A stretch of 32,904 nucleotides of DNA from a virus. Location: positions 1-32,904 of the IMG/VR virus record IMGVR_UViG_3300009702_000013; one strand, given 5' to 3'. Made by a program: the position numbers and the translations under genes. Position 1 is the first letter of the stretch. Every line of letters starts with the position of its first letter. The notes below the pieces were generated by a model. The model was not told the DNA's origin and did no database searches. It was given only the letters and a program-made list of their open reading frames with translations. Of the stretch, positions 1 to 7,829 are shown piece after piece.

Positions 1-123
1 AGTGGCGCTAACCTCAGTGGCGCTAACCTCAGTGGTGCTAACCTCTATGATGCTAACTTCCGAGGTGCTGACCTCTATGGTGCTAACCTCCGAGATGCTA
101 ACCTCCGAGGTGCTAATCTCTAT
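1..123. repeat. Left copy of a 123-bp terminal direct repeat, identical to 32782..32904. It is either an assembly overlap of a circular or circularly permuted genome, or a short DTR.
   Basis: Base-by-base comparison of 1..123 with 32782..32904 shows identity over the full length. Confidence 0.95.
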
Positions 124-279
124 GATGCTGACCTCAGTGGTACTAACCTCTATGGTGCTAACCTCCGAGGTGCTGAAATGCAAAATGTAAAATTCTATGG
201 CAAGGGCGGTGGAAAAGTGTTGAAAAAAAGCCAGTTGTCTGCATTTTTAGGAGCATTAGGTTTTATTATTAAGTGGTAG
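1..279 (+). CDS. Pentapeptide-repeat protein, C-terminal part. It continues the ORF that starts at 32539; the joined product is 173 aa.
   Basis: Frame 1 reads [92 protein letters not shown] and stops at TAG 277..279. It shows the canonical A(D/N)LXX 5-aa periodicity with a 15-nt DNA period. The supplied ORF 2..190 is the wrong frame of this repeat. Confidence 0.85.
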   Translation, partial: SGANLSGANLSGANLYDANFRGADLYGANLRDANLRGANLYDADLSGTNLYGANLRGAEMQNVKFYGKGGGKVLKKSQLSAFLGALGFIIKW

Positions 280-298
280 GTTTAACCAACAAACATAG

Positions 299-517
299 AT
301 GAAAAATAAAAACTCACTCAAAAAACAAGTAGCAGGCAACCACTACAAAAATATTCCAATCCAACCATGGGAGATAATCGACGCACATAATCTCAACTTC
401 TACGAGGGTAACTGTCTAAAGTACCTTCTCCGACACCGGTATAAGAACGGCAAAGAGGACTTGCAAAAGGCAATCCACTATTTGGAGCATTTAATAGAGA
501 TTTATGATGAAGTGTGA
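299..517 (+). CDS. DUF3310-family phage protein (SaV-like)
   Basis: The 72-aa ORF carries the family-typical pattern GNHY..IQPWEII....NFYEGNCLKYLLR...K....DL.KA.HYL. A terminator follows immediately. Confidence 0.7.
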   Translation: MKNKNSLKKQVAGNHYKNIPIQPWEIIDAHNLNFYEGNCLKYLLRHRYKNGKEDLQKAIHYLEHLIEIYDEV

Positions 518-547
518 TATAATCAAATTAGCAAGTTTCTAGACAAC

Positions 548-581
548 AAAAAAGCCGGGAGCAAATGCCCTCGGCTTTTTT
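548..581. terminator. Bidirectional intrinsic terminator
   Basis: An A6 tract is followed by the stem GCCGGG (554..559) pairing with CCTCGGC-side bases 70..75 (one G.U), then a T6 tract at 576..581. It sits 30 nt after the DUF3310 stop. Confidence 0.7.
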
Positions 582-694
582 GTTTGCATGAAGAATTATG
601 AGATGTCCCATATCAAAAGAATTATGAGATGTTGGTATCAAACCAATGCTCAAAAACTGTTTGATAATCGAATAATTCTTTCTTTTATTATACC

Positions 695-725
695 AAAAAA
701 TCCGCCTTGTGCAAGCGGATCTTTT
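695..725. terminator. Intrinsic terminator, mainly for the minus-strand lysis operon and weaker on the plus strand
   Basis: The stem is TCCGC(c)TT / AAGCGGA at 701..719. It is flanked by A6 (695..700, which is T6 on the minus strand) and by TCTTTT on the plus strand. Confidence 0.6.
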
Positions 726-858
726 GGTATATCTGATAGTCGAGGTTCTATTCGTCTTCCTCGACATCTGCACCCTCTACTACGACCTCTTTTTCTTCTT
801 CCATAGGTTTAAGGTTAGCTGATAATATTTGCTCCCACTCGGAGCACATGCGAGCCAA

Positions 859-1017
859 TCATTTTGCTTCTGTTTTCGCGATGCCTGCTCGCATAGTGAT
901 GAAACCAAGACCCTCAAGAATCATCTGATTATCACCATTCATAAGACCGAGCGCAATCATCAAAAGCCCGATGATGTATGTCTTCTTCCCTTTAAAAAAA
1001 TCGATTACTTTTGTCAT
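859..1017 (-). CDS. Small membrane protein (52 aa), last gene of the lysis cassette. It is a holin/antiholin-like candidate.
   Basis: This ORF is below the 60-aa cutoff of the ORF track: MTKVIDFFKGKKTYIIGLLMIALGLMNGDNQMILEGLGFITMRAGIAKTEAK. Its ATG is 4 nt after the M23 peptidase stop. It has one clear hydrophobic helix after a KGKK motif. Confidence 0.55.
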   Translation of the reverse strand: MTKVIDFFKGKKTYIIGLLMIALGLMNGDNQMILEGLGFITMRAGIAKTEAK

Positions 1018-1021
1018 AATA

Positions 1022-1684
1022 TTATTTCTTCTTATTCCTAATAAAAGTTACGACCTGAAAGATAACTTTCCGTGCTATATCAATAACGGAAAGTGCCCTT
1101 TGTTTCACCTTAAGAACATCCAATACAAAGACATTCTCGTAGTGGTCTTCAAAACTCTGCGCGCCATAATATCCATTGTATGGATCAGTCGGCCGCCCAT
1201 TCTCATCACACTTTTTCTCGCTCCAATGCAAGTGGTCGCCTCCACTAATGCCAGTGCTATCGCATCGCCCCATATATTGCCCGAGCTCCACTTCATCACC
1301 GTCTGCAAGTGCGCTCTCTTTCAAATGCCAAAACTTATATTTGAGATAGGTATCACCTACTTTATTTTTTGAAACCACATCAATCCCCTTCCCTCCGTTA
1401 TTATCAATCTCATTCTTAACCCACCATCCACCTGCTTCCGGGCAATCCACCGGAAAATATAGTGGCTCTCCATGCCATGCTCCATTATCTTGCCCATTGT
1501 GTCCTTTCATTCCGAGCGCTGGGTAGAGTTTTGTTGAACCTACGGGACACGAATTAGGAAATACATTATGAAGAACTTGATACGGTACAAACACTCTGCC
1601 TTGACTATCTGTTTTCGTACACGCAAGGTTCTCGCCAAAGCTCTGGGTAAGGATATTTGTTTTTATTGGTCTATATATTTTCAT
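1022..1684 (-). CDS. M23 (LytM/lysostaphin-type) zinc metallopeptidase, probable endolysin
   Basis: It carries the HxxxD motif (HNGQD) and the HxH motif (GDHLHW) in the order typical of peptidase M23. It lies directly downstream of the holin-like gene. Confidence 0.8.
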   Translation of the reverse strand: MKIYRPIKTNILTQSFGENLACTKTDSQGRVFVPYQVLHNVFPNSCPVGSTKLYPALGMKGHNGQDNGAWHGEPLYFPVDCPEAGGWWVKNEIDNNGGKGIDVVSKNKVGDTYLKYKFWHLKESALADGDEVELGQYMGRCDSTGISGGDHLHWSEKKCDENGRPTDPYNGYYGAQSFEDHYENVFVLDVLKVKQRALSVIDIARKVIFQVVTFIRNKKK

Positions 1685-1686
1685 GG

Positions 1687-1989
1687 TTACTTTATTTTAA
1701 TGCGAGAAGCTAAAATCTCTTGCATTGTCTGCACCAACCAGCGCAAATCCTCGACTCCGAGATATCCACCAGAGGCGGTAATGGCAAGCGAAATGTATGA
1801 ATCTCCGAAGAAGTTAAGCGCCACAAGCCCGAACACTACTCCCGAGAATGAGGCAATGATCGTCTGCACAAGAATATCAACAAAGTTCATTTTCCCTTTA
1901 TCGACGACGAGTGCATGAACAACGCCTCCGAATACTGCGAATATTCCGTGCGCTATCATAGGATCTTTAGGAAAATGGTTAAGTGGCAT
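1687..1989 (-). CDS. Holin-like membrane protein (100 aa)
   Basis: MPLNHFPKDPMIAHGIFAVFGGVVHALVVDKGKMNFVDILVQTIIASFSGVVFGLVALNFFGDSYISLAITASGGYLGVEDLRWLVQ.. has about 3 hydrophobic segments, and its stop is 2 nt before the peptidase ATG. The start is uncertain. The track ORF extends to a GTG at 2100, but that extension overlaps a better small ORF in another frame. Confidence 0.6.
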   Translation of the reverse strand: MPLNHFPKDPMIAHGIFAVFGGVVHALVVDKGKMNFVDILVQTIIASFSGVVFGLVALNFFGDSYISLAITASGGYLGVEDLRWLVQTMQEILASRIKIK

Positions 1990-1993
1990 AATA

Positions 1994-2122
1994 TTATTTT
2001 TTCTTTTTCTTATATCCGTTTGCATAGATAACACGTGCTTGGCGCTGCGCCCCTGCTTTGGTTTTGTATACCTTTCCGCTCTTACCCCATTTCCACCCAC
2101 CTTTTGTTTTATGTACCGGCAT
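1994..2122 (-). CDS. Lys/Gly-rich 42-aa protein of unknown function
   Basis: MPVHKTKGGWKWGKSGKVYKTKAGAQRQARVIYANGYKKKKK starts at an ATG 10 nt after a TGGTATAAT element. Its stop TAA is 4 nt before the holin ATG. It is not in the ORF track because it is under 60 aa. Confidence 0.45.
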   Translation of the reverse strand: MPVHKTKGGWKWGKSGKVYKTKAGAQRQARVIYANGYKKKKK

Positions 2123-2132
2123 ATGTTTATAT

Positions 2133-2143
2133 ATTATACCATA
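2133..2143 (-). promoter_or_regulatory. Extended -10 promoter element, TATGGTATAAT on the minus strand
   Basis: The plus strand reads ATTATACCATA at 2133..2143, immediately after the fibre gene stop. The same 11-mer recurs at 20462..20472 and 20590..20600. Confidence 0.5.
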
Positions 2144-4363
2144 TTAAGTGAATAAATCTCCTGTATCTTCTATTGGCAACTCAAACTCATCTCCCATATC
2201 AAGCCCTTTGAGTATCGTTGTGATACTGTCGAGCTTTCTATCTATCGTCATAGTTGTTTCCTCTGTCTGAAATCCTTGTTTCACGATTGAAAGTTTATAT
2301 GGATTATAGTCAATAACTGCAGACCACTCATAGTTATTTACCGCCCAAGCCTCTGGACTGTATTCTTTCACTCTCACATACGGAATAATGATATAGGTGC
2401 TGGTAGCGTCGGGGGTAACCTGCCAATCTGCGTGAACAGTTAGAGTGTTTGAAGTATTGCCTTTCATAATTATTCTTCTCTGTCCTGCTCCTGTGCCTGA
2501 AGTAATGTAAATCTCTTTGAACCACCACTGGCTTGTTGTCCACGCCTTTGATGTATCAGTAATGGTATTGGTTGTTGCAGATGTTGCTGTACCTGTTTCC
2601 TGCCCGATATATCCCTCTGCTGTGGTTGTGTAAGAGAATATCTGTGTTCCGTTTGTATCGGTAAGAGTTACCGTTGCTCCTGATAATGCTGTGCCGTCTT
2701 CTTTTATCACCTTGAGAAGCATTGAGTAGGTTTCAAACATTTTAGTGTTCTGGTAAGTAAGATTATGCAATTTCCAACGAACTTTATTTCTATCGGCAAA
2801 TACTCCCCAATTAGCGTCTACTTGGTCAAAAACAAAGCCATCTATATCATCTGTATTCCACGGATTGATTGGTGATGTGATAGCTGCTGAAAAATCATTG
2901 TTATGAGTGTAATCTCCCTTGTTTGTACTGTTCGGTCGTTGTGCAAAATTACCTCCAAAATTAACAATACCGTCATCAATCGCTCCTGGGGTTTCATTAT
3001 GTGCTCCTTGTACTTTTGCTCCAATAACCGAGTTGTTATCACCAGAGAAACTAGACTGTCTAAAGCCCTCAAGGTAAGCGTCAATCACTCCTTGATTACT
3101 ATCAGAACCAATACTCCCTCCCCAAAAGCCGTGGAAGTGGTCAGCAGTTCCTGTCGGCAAATGCTTGCAACGGATATGAGTATTGTAAAACTTCCCTTGA
3201 TTATATCCAATGAAACACCCCGACATATCCCAATCCTTGCCTTCAAATATAAAGTCTGTTCCTTTCTGCACCTTATCACCAGTATATACTTCTCCGATAG
3301 TAATCGGTGAACGGATATTCGGTAACCAATTCTTAAAGAACACCACTGTTTCTTGTTTCGTAATTAAATTGGTCGTTCCAGACGTGTATAAGTTACATTC
3401 AAAACCATAAGAACTATTTGCCATTTTGTGCACCACTCCCCACTGTCCCATTGTCAACGTGTAATCAAAAGAACCTGTGCCTGTTACTGCTGTTACTTGT
3501 GTTTGATTGAGTGTCTTAAAATACTTCGTGGCATAATTAGTGCCATTCCCTGTAATGACAATATCTTCTGTTTGAGCAACATCTGCTATGTCTGTGCCGA
3601 TTAGTCGCACCGTAGCATTTGTGAAACCTGTGTAATTGGCAATAGTAAGATAGAGGTCATTTCTTGCTCCACCTAAAACTTTATAATCAGCTGGTCTTAA
3701 ATAATCCTCTGTTGTAATAGGCGAAGCGTCTGTTGTAGTAATCCCTGTGCGTGTATCAAGGTCAACCGTTCCTGCTTTATCAGCATTGTATAAATCATCA
3801 AGTGTAAGTGCTGTTTCTGCGTTTGAGGAAATAGTCAAACCGATTGCCTTGGAATTGGTCGTGGAATGTAACCCTCCGTTGGTAATGCTTGATACTGAGG
3901 TAATTCTTGCTCTTACAAACCAATTATAATAAACTGCTGAGCTAAAACCGTTATGCCCTGCAGTAGCGTTTAAGTAATTCTCCCAACCATCTGGTATCTC
4001 CCACGTTACTCTCTTAACTCCTGTATTTTGAAAAGCATTTGTCTGGTCTTTCACATTTGGTAACGGAGCCCAGCTTGCACCATAATTATAATTTACTGAC
4101 CTATCAAAATAGCAATACTCCCATACAACGGTTAATCCTGTGGCAGTAATAGGCGTAGCAATGTCAAACTCTATGCCCTGATACTTACCATAGCTTCTTG
4201 TGTTCTGTGCAGAGAACATTAAGCAATCTCCTACAACTGCAGAAGTCGGGAAAAACTGATAAGAATTTACATTGGTACTTTTCAACAAAGTATATGTATC
4301 TGTTGCCAGCACATACTTAAAAACTGAGTACAAATCTTTTGGGTCCTTAAATGTGATTGCCAT
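2144..4363 (-). CDS. Tail fibre / tailspike-like receptor-binding protein (739 aa)
   Basis: It is the largest ORF in the structural arm, it is Thr/Ser/Gly/Asn-rich, and it sits just upstream of the lysis genes. The C-terminal part has a prealbumin/CarboxypepD_reg-like strand pattern (VIKEDGTALSGATVTLTDTNGTQIFSYTTTAEGYI ... YKLSIVKQGFQTEETTMTI). Confidence 0.65.
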   Translation of the reverse strand: MAITFKDPKDLYSVFKYVLATDTYTLLKSTNVNSYQFFPTSAVVGDCLMFSAQNTRSYGKYQGIEFDIATPITATGLTVVWEYCYFDRSVNYNYGASWAPLPNVKDQTNAFQNTGVKRVTWEIPDGWENYLNATAGHNGFSSAVYYNWFVRARITSVSSITNGGLHSTTNSKAIGLTISSNAETALTLDDLYNADKAGTVDLDTRTGITTTDASPITTEDYLRPADYKVLGGARNDLYLTIANYTGFTNATVRLIGTDIADVAQTEDIVITGNGTNYATKYFKTLNQTQVTAVTGTGSFDYTLTMGQWGVVHKMANSSYGFECNLYTSGTTNLITKQETVVFFKNWLPNIRSPITIGEVYTGDKVQKGTDFIFEGKDWDMSGCFIGYNQGKFYNTHIRCKHLPTGTADHFHGFWGGSIGSDSNQGVIDAYLEGFRQSSFSGDNNSVIGAKVQGAHNETPGAIDDGIVNFGGNFAQRPNSTNKGDYTHNNDFSAAITSPINPWNTDDIDGFVFDQVDANWGVFADRNKVRWKLHNLTYQNTKMFETYSMLLKVIKEDGTALSGATVTLTDTNGTQIFSYTTTAEGYIGQETGTATSATTNTITDTSKAWTTSQWWFKEIYITSGTGAGQRRIIMKGNTSNTLTVHADWQVTPDATSTYIIIPYVRVKEYSPEAWAVNNYEWSAVIDYNPYKLSIVKQGFQTEETTMTIDRKLDSITTILKGLDMGDEFELPIEDTGDLFT

Positions 4364-4637
4364 AAATCTCGTTTAATAATGCTTTCTTCTTTTTCAATTC
4401 CTCTTGCGTGTTATACAGTACAGGTTGCAAGTCGCTCCCGATATTATTTTGCACTGAATTTTGGATGTTCTGCGGTAGCCCTTGCGAGTCAGCAATAAGA
4501 GTGTCAATCTCTGTTTGAATACTCGCTACACTTGCCTCTAAATCAGCAATCTCTGCTTGGAGCACTGTAACGTCAACAACAGCAATCGGCTCATCATATG
4601 ATTGTGCGTATATATTATTGTTTATTTTTATCCACAT
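4347..4637 (-). CDS. Hypothetical coiled-coil protein (96 aa), possibly a fibre-associated or assembly protein
   Basis: The ORF overlaps both neighbours. A heptad-like segment is present (VTVLQAEIADLEASVASIQTEIDTLIADS). Confidence 0.55.
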   Translation of the reverse strand: MWIKINNNIYAQSYDEPIAVVDVTVLQAEIADLEASVASIQTEIDTLIADSQGLPQNIQNSVQNNIGSDLQPVLYNTQEELKKKKALLNEIYGNHI

Positions 4638-4827
4638 GTTTTTTGTGCTTAATCTTTTTCTTTTTCTTTTCTGCCTTTATTTTTTCAACCTTCTTTTCCT
4701 CATCGTCTATTTTCTTTTTCTGACGTATATCAAGCAACCCATCATGTTCGAGCAAATGCCGTGCTTGTTTTATATCAAATATATGCTTTTCGTCTGTATC
4801 AAGTTTTCGCATATTATCGTAATTCAT
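4615..4827 (-). CDS. Hypothetical Lys-rich protein (70 aa)
   Basis: The ORF fills what would otherwise be a 176-nt gap and overlaps both neighbours. Its low-complexity K-rich C-terminus lowers confidence. Confidence 0.45.
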   Translation of the reverse strand: MNYDNMRKLDTDEKHIFDIKQARHLLEHDGLLDIRQKKKIDDEEKKVEKIKAEKKKKKIKHKKHVDKNKQ

Positions 4828-6019
4828 AACCTAATAAATAAATATCTGCGGTCGCCATTCCTGCGTTGTCGGTGAATTTCAAATAAACCTTTTGCAATGA
4901 AGTGGTATCGATATAGGGATAATGAAGATTGACCATATAACTTCCATTCCTATTCTTGACCAATTTCAATGATGGGAATAACCCTAATTCGTCAAAGTTT
5001 GCGTCTGGATATATATCCAAATCCCAATCGGTTGAAGTGGTGGTAACTCGTATCCACTCAATCATTGCTTTATCAACCGCCCAATTCGTATCTGATAAAG
5101 TGAGATTGCCCTCTGCTTGCGTTAAAGCTTTTATGTAAATGAAGCGAGGGCTTCCTGCATCGTGCCAATTTGTACCGTCGCTGTATTCTAAAGCTACATT
5201 CGTTGAATTATAGCGAATACTGCCAGCACCATTTTTTGCGGTGTCAGAAGCGAGAACGAGTGTGCCTGTCATTGCATTATTACCTGCAACATCAAGATAA
5301 TCCGTGGCGGTTTCGTACGCCATTGTGCCGAGTCCAAGAGATGTTGCAAGATCCGTGTATGACTTTTGCCCAAGATTTTTATTTGAATCTGATGTAAGTA
5401 TATAGTTTGCCGAAGCTCCATTTATTGGCCGGCCGAGAACAAGACTTCCTCCACTCCCTGCTAACACATGGGATGACATACCAACGGATGCTAACTTCTT
5501 TTCAATATCCTCGATACCCTTGATCGCTTTTTTATCAAGACGATCATCATTCTGTAAAAGCTCGAGCGAGTTCCGGATTTCTTCCGGATCAAGGTCTTTG
5601 ATATGGCCATCAGCTCCGTCTTTTCCATCTTTCGGGAATGGGAAATCCACGCCGGCAACCGGAGTCTTGCCCGGAGCCCCATTCTCTCCTCGTTCGCCTC
5701 GCTCCCCCTTGGGGCCTCGTTCCCCCCTATCTCCTTTCTCTCCCTTGACTGGTTTAGGTATAAGCGGAATGATAAGAGCACGCAATTCTTCCTCGGTCGG
5801 GCTGTCACCCTTTAATTTCCCAGAAACAAGAGCATTATGGATTGCTTGCACATCCTTCTCATTAACCGCAAACCGCTCTGCTAACGCTTGTATCATCTGC
5901 CCATGCTCGTCTGTGGTGGTTTCCAGCTCTTGTATCGCCTTAAAAAACGCAGAGTTCGGGTCTGCCATAACATGGAGCAACTTTTTCAGCTTTTTGCGTT
6001 TTTCTTCGTTAGATGGCAT
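4814..6019 (-). CDS. Collagen-like repeat-containing tail fibre protein (401 aa)
   Basis: It has an uninterrupted G-X-Y run, GEKGDRGERGPKGERGERGENGAPG, followed by a Gly/Ser/Thr-rich beta-type C-terminal domain. Confidence 0.75.
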   Translation of the reverse strand: MPSNEEKRKKLKKLLHVMADPNSAFFKAIQELETTTDEHGQMIQALAERFAVNEKDVQAIHNALVSGKLKGDSPTEEELRALIIPLIPKPVKGEKGDRGERGPKGERGERGENGAPGKTPVAGVDFPFPKDGKDGADGHIKDLDPEEIRNSLELLQNDDRLDKKAIKGIEDIEKKLASVGMSSHVLAGSGGSLVLGRPINGASANYILTSDSNKNLGQKSYTDLATSLGLGTMAYETATDYLDVAGNNAMTGTLVLASDTAKNGAGSIRYNSTNVALEYSDGTNWHDAGSPRFIYIKALTQAEGNLTLSDTNWAVDKAMIEWIRVTTTSTDWDLDIYPDANFDELGLFPSLKLVKNRNGSYMVNLHYPYIDTTSLQKVYLKFTDNAGMATADIYLLGYELR

Positions 6020-6028
6020 AATGGATAT

Positions 6029-6139
6029 ATGAAATATCTCTTTTTAGGACTCACGATATTCGGCATATTAGCATTTATTTTTGCGTTCCCTTTATTCGTT
6101 ATCGCGGTTGTTTTGCTGTTAATATTACTTGGTGATTGA
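6029..6139 (+). CDS. Possible 36-aa hydrophobic peptide antisense to the late operon (very tentative)
   Basis: MKYLFLGLTIFGILAFIFAFPLFVIAVVLLLILLGD occupies the only sizeable gap (105 nt) in the late operon. It may be a by-product of T-rich sequence. Confidence 0.2.
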   Translation: MKYLFLGLTIFGILAFIFAFPLFVIAVVLLLILLGD

Positions 6140-7825
6140 TTTTGCTGATTTTTTTAACGCGTCCTCAAGTAATATACGCAACGCCTTCTGTTGGTATTTA
6201 ACATCTGGAGCACCAGCGTTGAGAACATTTTTTACAATATCGCTCACACCTGTTCTGATTCCACCGATAAAACCTGTTTTCGGTATTGATTCAGGATTTA
6301 ACTTCCTTAATTCCTCCGCAAAGTTGATCAAATCTTCTGCTTTTGCTCCCTTGTAACCTAAATCTCGCGCAAGTAGATCAGTTTGCTGTGCAACTTCTCG
6401 ATATAATGGCGAACTTTGTGCTTCACCCATAAGACGACGCAAGTTTACTTTTGCAAATTCTGCTGGATCGCTAGTATTAACAAGTTGAACATTCGGTGCT
6501 TTTAATAATGTTTTATCAATAGAATTTTGTGTTGTTCGTAATATACGATATTCATTGTTCAAACTCCTAATTTTCGGAGAAAGATTATCAAGCTGATTCC
6601 TAAATATACCTCTGAATACATCAAACGCATTCACATCTTTTCCATTTACTTTCAAGAATATATTATCCAATTTTTCAAACCTTGCTTCTCGCTGGAGCTG
6701 TGAAAAGACTCTGTCCATGCCATGAACCAATTTTGCATCTATTTTGCCACTTGCCTCAAGAGCTTTGCTATAAAGCTCCTGCAACCGAGCAAGCTGTTGG
6801 TTAGTAAGAATAGGCGATTGTAACACACCGTCTTTTACGATAATTCGATTTTGCGCTAATATATCTTCAACTTGTTTTATACTCGGTCGCATATCAACAG
6901 TAGAATCAGGAAGATTGTTGATTGCTTCTTCAATTTTCTTTCCGACTGCTTGTCGTTCTTTGTTTATTATATTATATTGATCATTAATAACACGACCTGC
7001 AACAATAGACGGCTGACGCTTTGGAGTAAGGCCGACGCGCGGTTTCTCTGCAATATCAACCATTTCTTTACTTGCTTTCAACGTAGCATTATCAGCTTTT
7101 TCAACATAAGTAATAAATCCATCATTGAGATTCGATTTAATAGCATTTTGAACTGATGGAGCTGACCTCTCGAGCCGTGCTGCCTTTTGTGCGGATTCTT
7201 CAATACCTGTTCGCACACGGCCGAAATAACGTGGAAATCGTTCAGCTACATCTTTTAATGATTGTTTCAACCCTTGTGACGCTACACTTCCTAATGCTTC
7301 TGAACCACGGCTAAATGTTTTAGCACCACGAGCTAATACACGTTCTCCTAATCCTACTCCTTTTTGAACACCCTTACGCGCCAAATTGAACCCTCCACCA
7401 ACACCTAATTCAGCACCAAACCCTATGACTTTTCCCAAAGATTGTTCAGCATTCGAGGATTTTAACATATCATCAATAGCAAGTGCTTGTTCACCTTTCA
7501 GTGCCGGTATCCCTGTCTGCTTCTGTATCTGTGCAAAGTTTCTTGTCGGGTCAATTCCTGCGAGGATTGCCTGTCCGCCTGTTTGCAATAATCGAGCTGT
7601 ACCTATCGAACTATCTAAAAACTCCTTCCCGGCTCCAATAGTAATATCCCCCAATGCTTGCGCTGCATTTTTCTGTCCTCCGGCATACACAAGACCAGAT
7701 TTATTCCCCTCATTCGGTTTTATCCCGAGCCAATAATTCATTAAAGAATCTTCTGCTTGTTGCCGAGTAAATCCATTCGCTTTTGCTGTTTGTAATATAC
7801 TTAATTCTTCTTTTGAAAATGCCAT
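6125..7825 (-). CDS. Large virion protein (566 aa), candidate internal/ejection protein
   Basis: The call rests on its position between the tail genes and the fibres, and on an Ala/Gly/Lys-rich helical composition. I recognised no catalytic motif. Confidence 0.5.
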   Translation of the reverse strand: MAFSKEELSILQTAKANGFTRQQAEDSLMNYWLGIKPNEGNKSGLVYAGGQKNAAQALGDITIGAGKEFLDSSIGTARLLQTGGQAILAGIDPTRNFAQIQKQTGIPALKGEQALAIDDMLKSSNAEQSLGKVIGFGAELGVGGGFNLARKGVQKGVGLGERVLARGAKTFSRGSEALGSVASQGLKQSLKDVAERFPRYFGRVRTGIEESAQKAARLERSAPSVQNAIKSNLNDGFITYVEKADNATLKASKEMVDIAEKPRVGLTPKRQPSIVAGRVINDQYNIINKERQAVGKKIEEAINNLPDSTVDMRPSIKQVEDILAQNRIIVKDGVLQSPILTNQQLARLQELYSKALEASGKIDAKLVHGMDRVFSQLQREARFEKLDNIFLKVNGKDVNAFDVFRGIFRNQLDNLSPKIRSLNNEYRILRTTQNSIDKTLLKAPNVQLVNTSDPAEFAKVNLRRLMGEAQSSPLYREVAQQTDLLARDLGYKGAKAEDLINFAEELRKLNPESIPKTGFIGGIRTGVSDIVKNVLNAGAPDVKYQQKALRILLEDALKKSAKSITK

Positions 7826-7829
7826 ATTT

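Noticed and set aside
2-190. Track [23 protein letters not shown]... (62 aa, GTG start)
   Set aside because: It is an out-of-frame reading of the 15-nt-periodic pentapeptide repeat. Frame 1 gives canonical A(D/N)LXX repeats, is continuous with the ORF that starts at 32539, and ends at TAG 277..279.
750-806. An 18-codon acidic minus-strand ORF (MEEEKEVVVEGADVEEDE) between the lysis cassette and its terminator
   Set aside because: It is too short and low in complexity, and nothing supports it other than an ATG.
5520-6032. Plus-strand Ser/Pro-rich ORF (170 aa), and the ORFs at 5491..5808 and 5603..5815
   Set aside because: They are mirror or alternative frames of the collagen-like G-X-Y region. 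The minus-strand 401-aa frame carries the uninterrupted G-X-Y run and the operon context.
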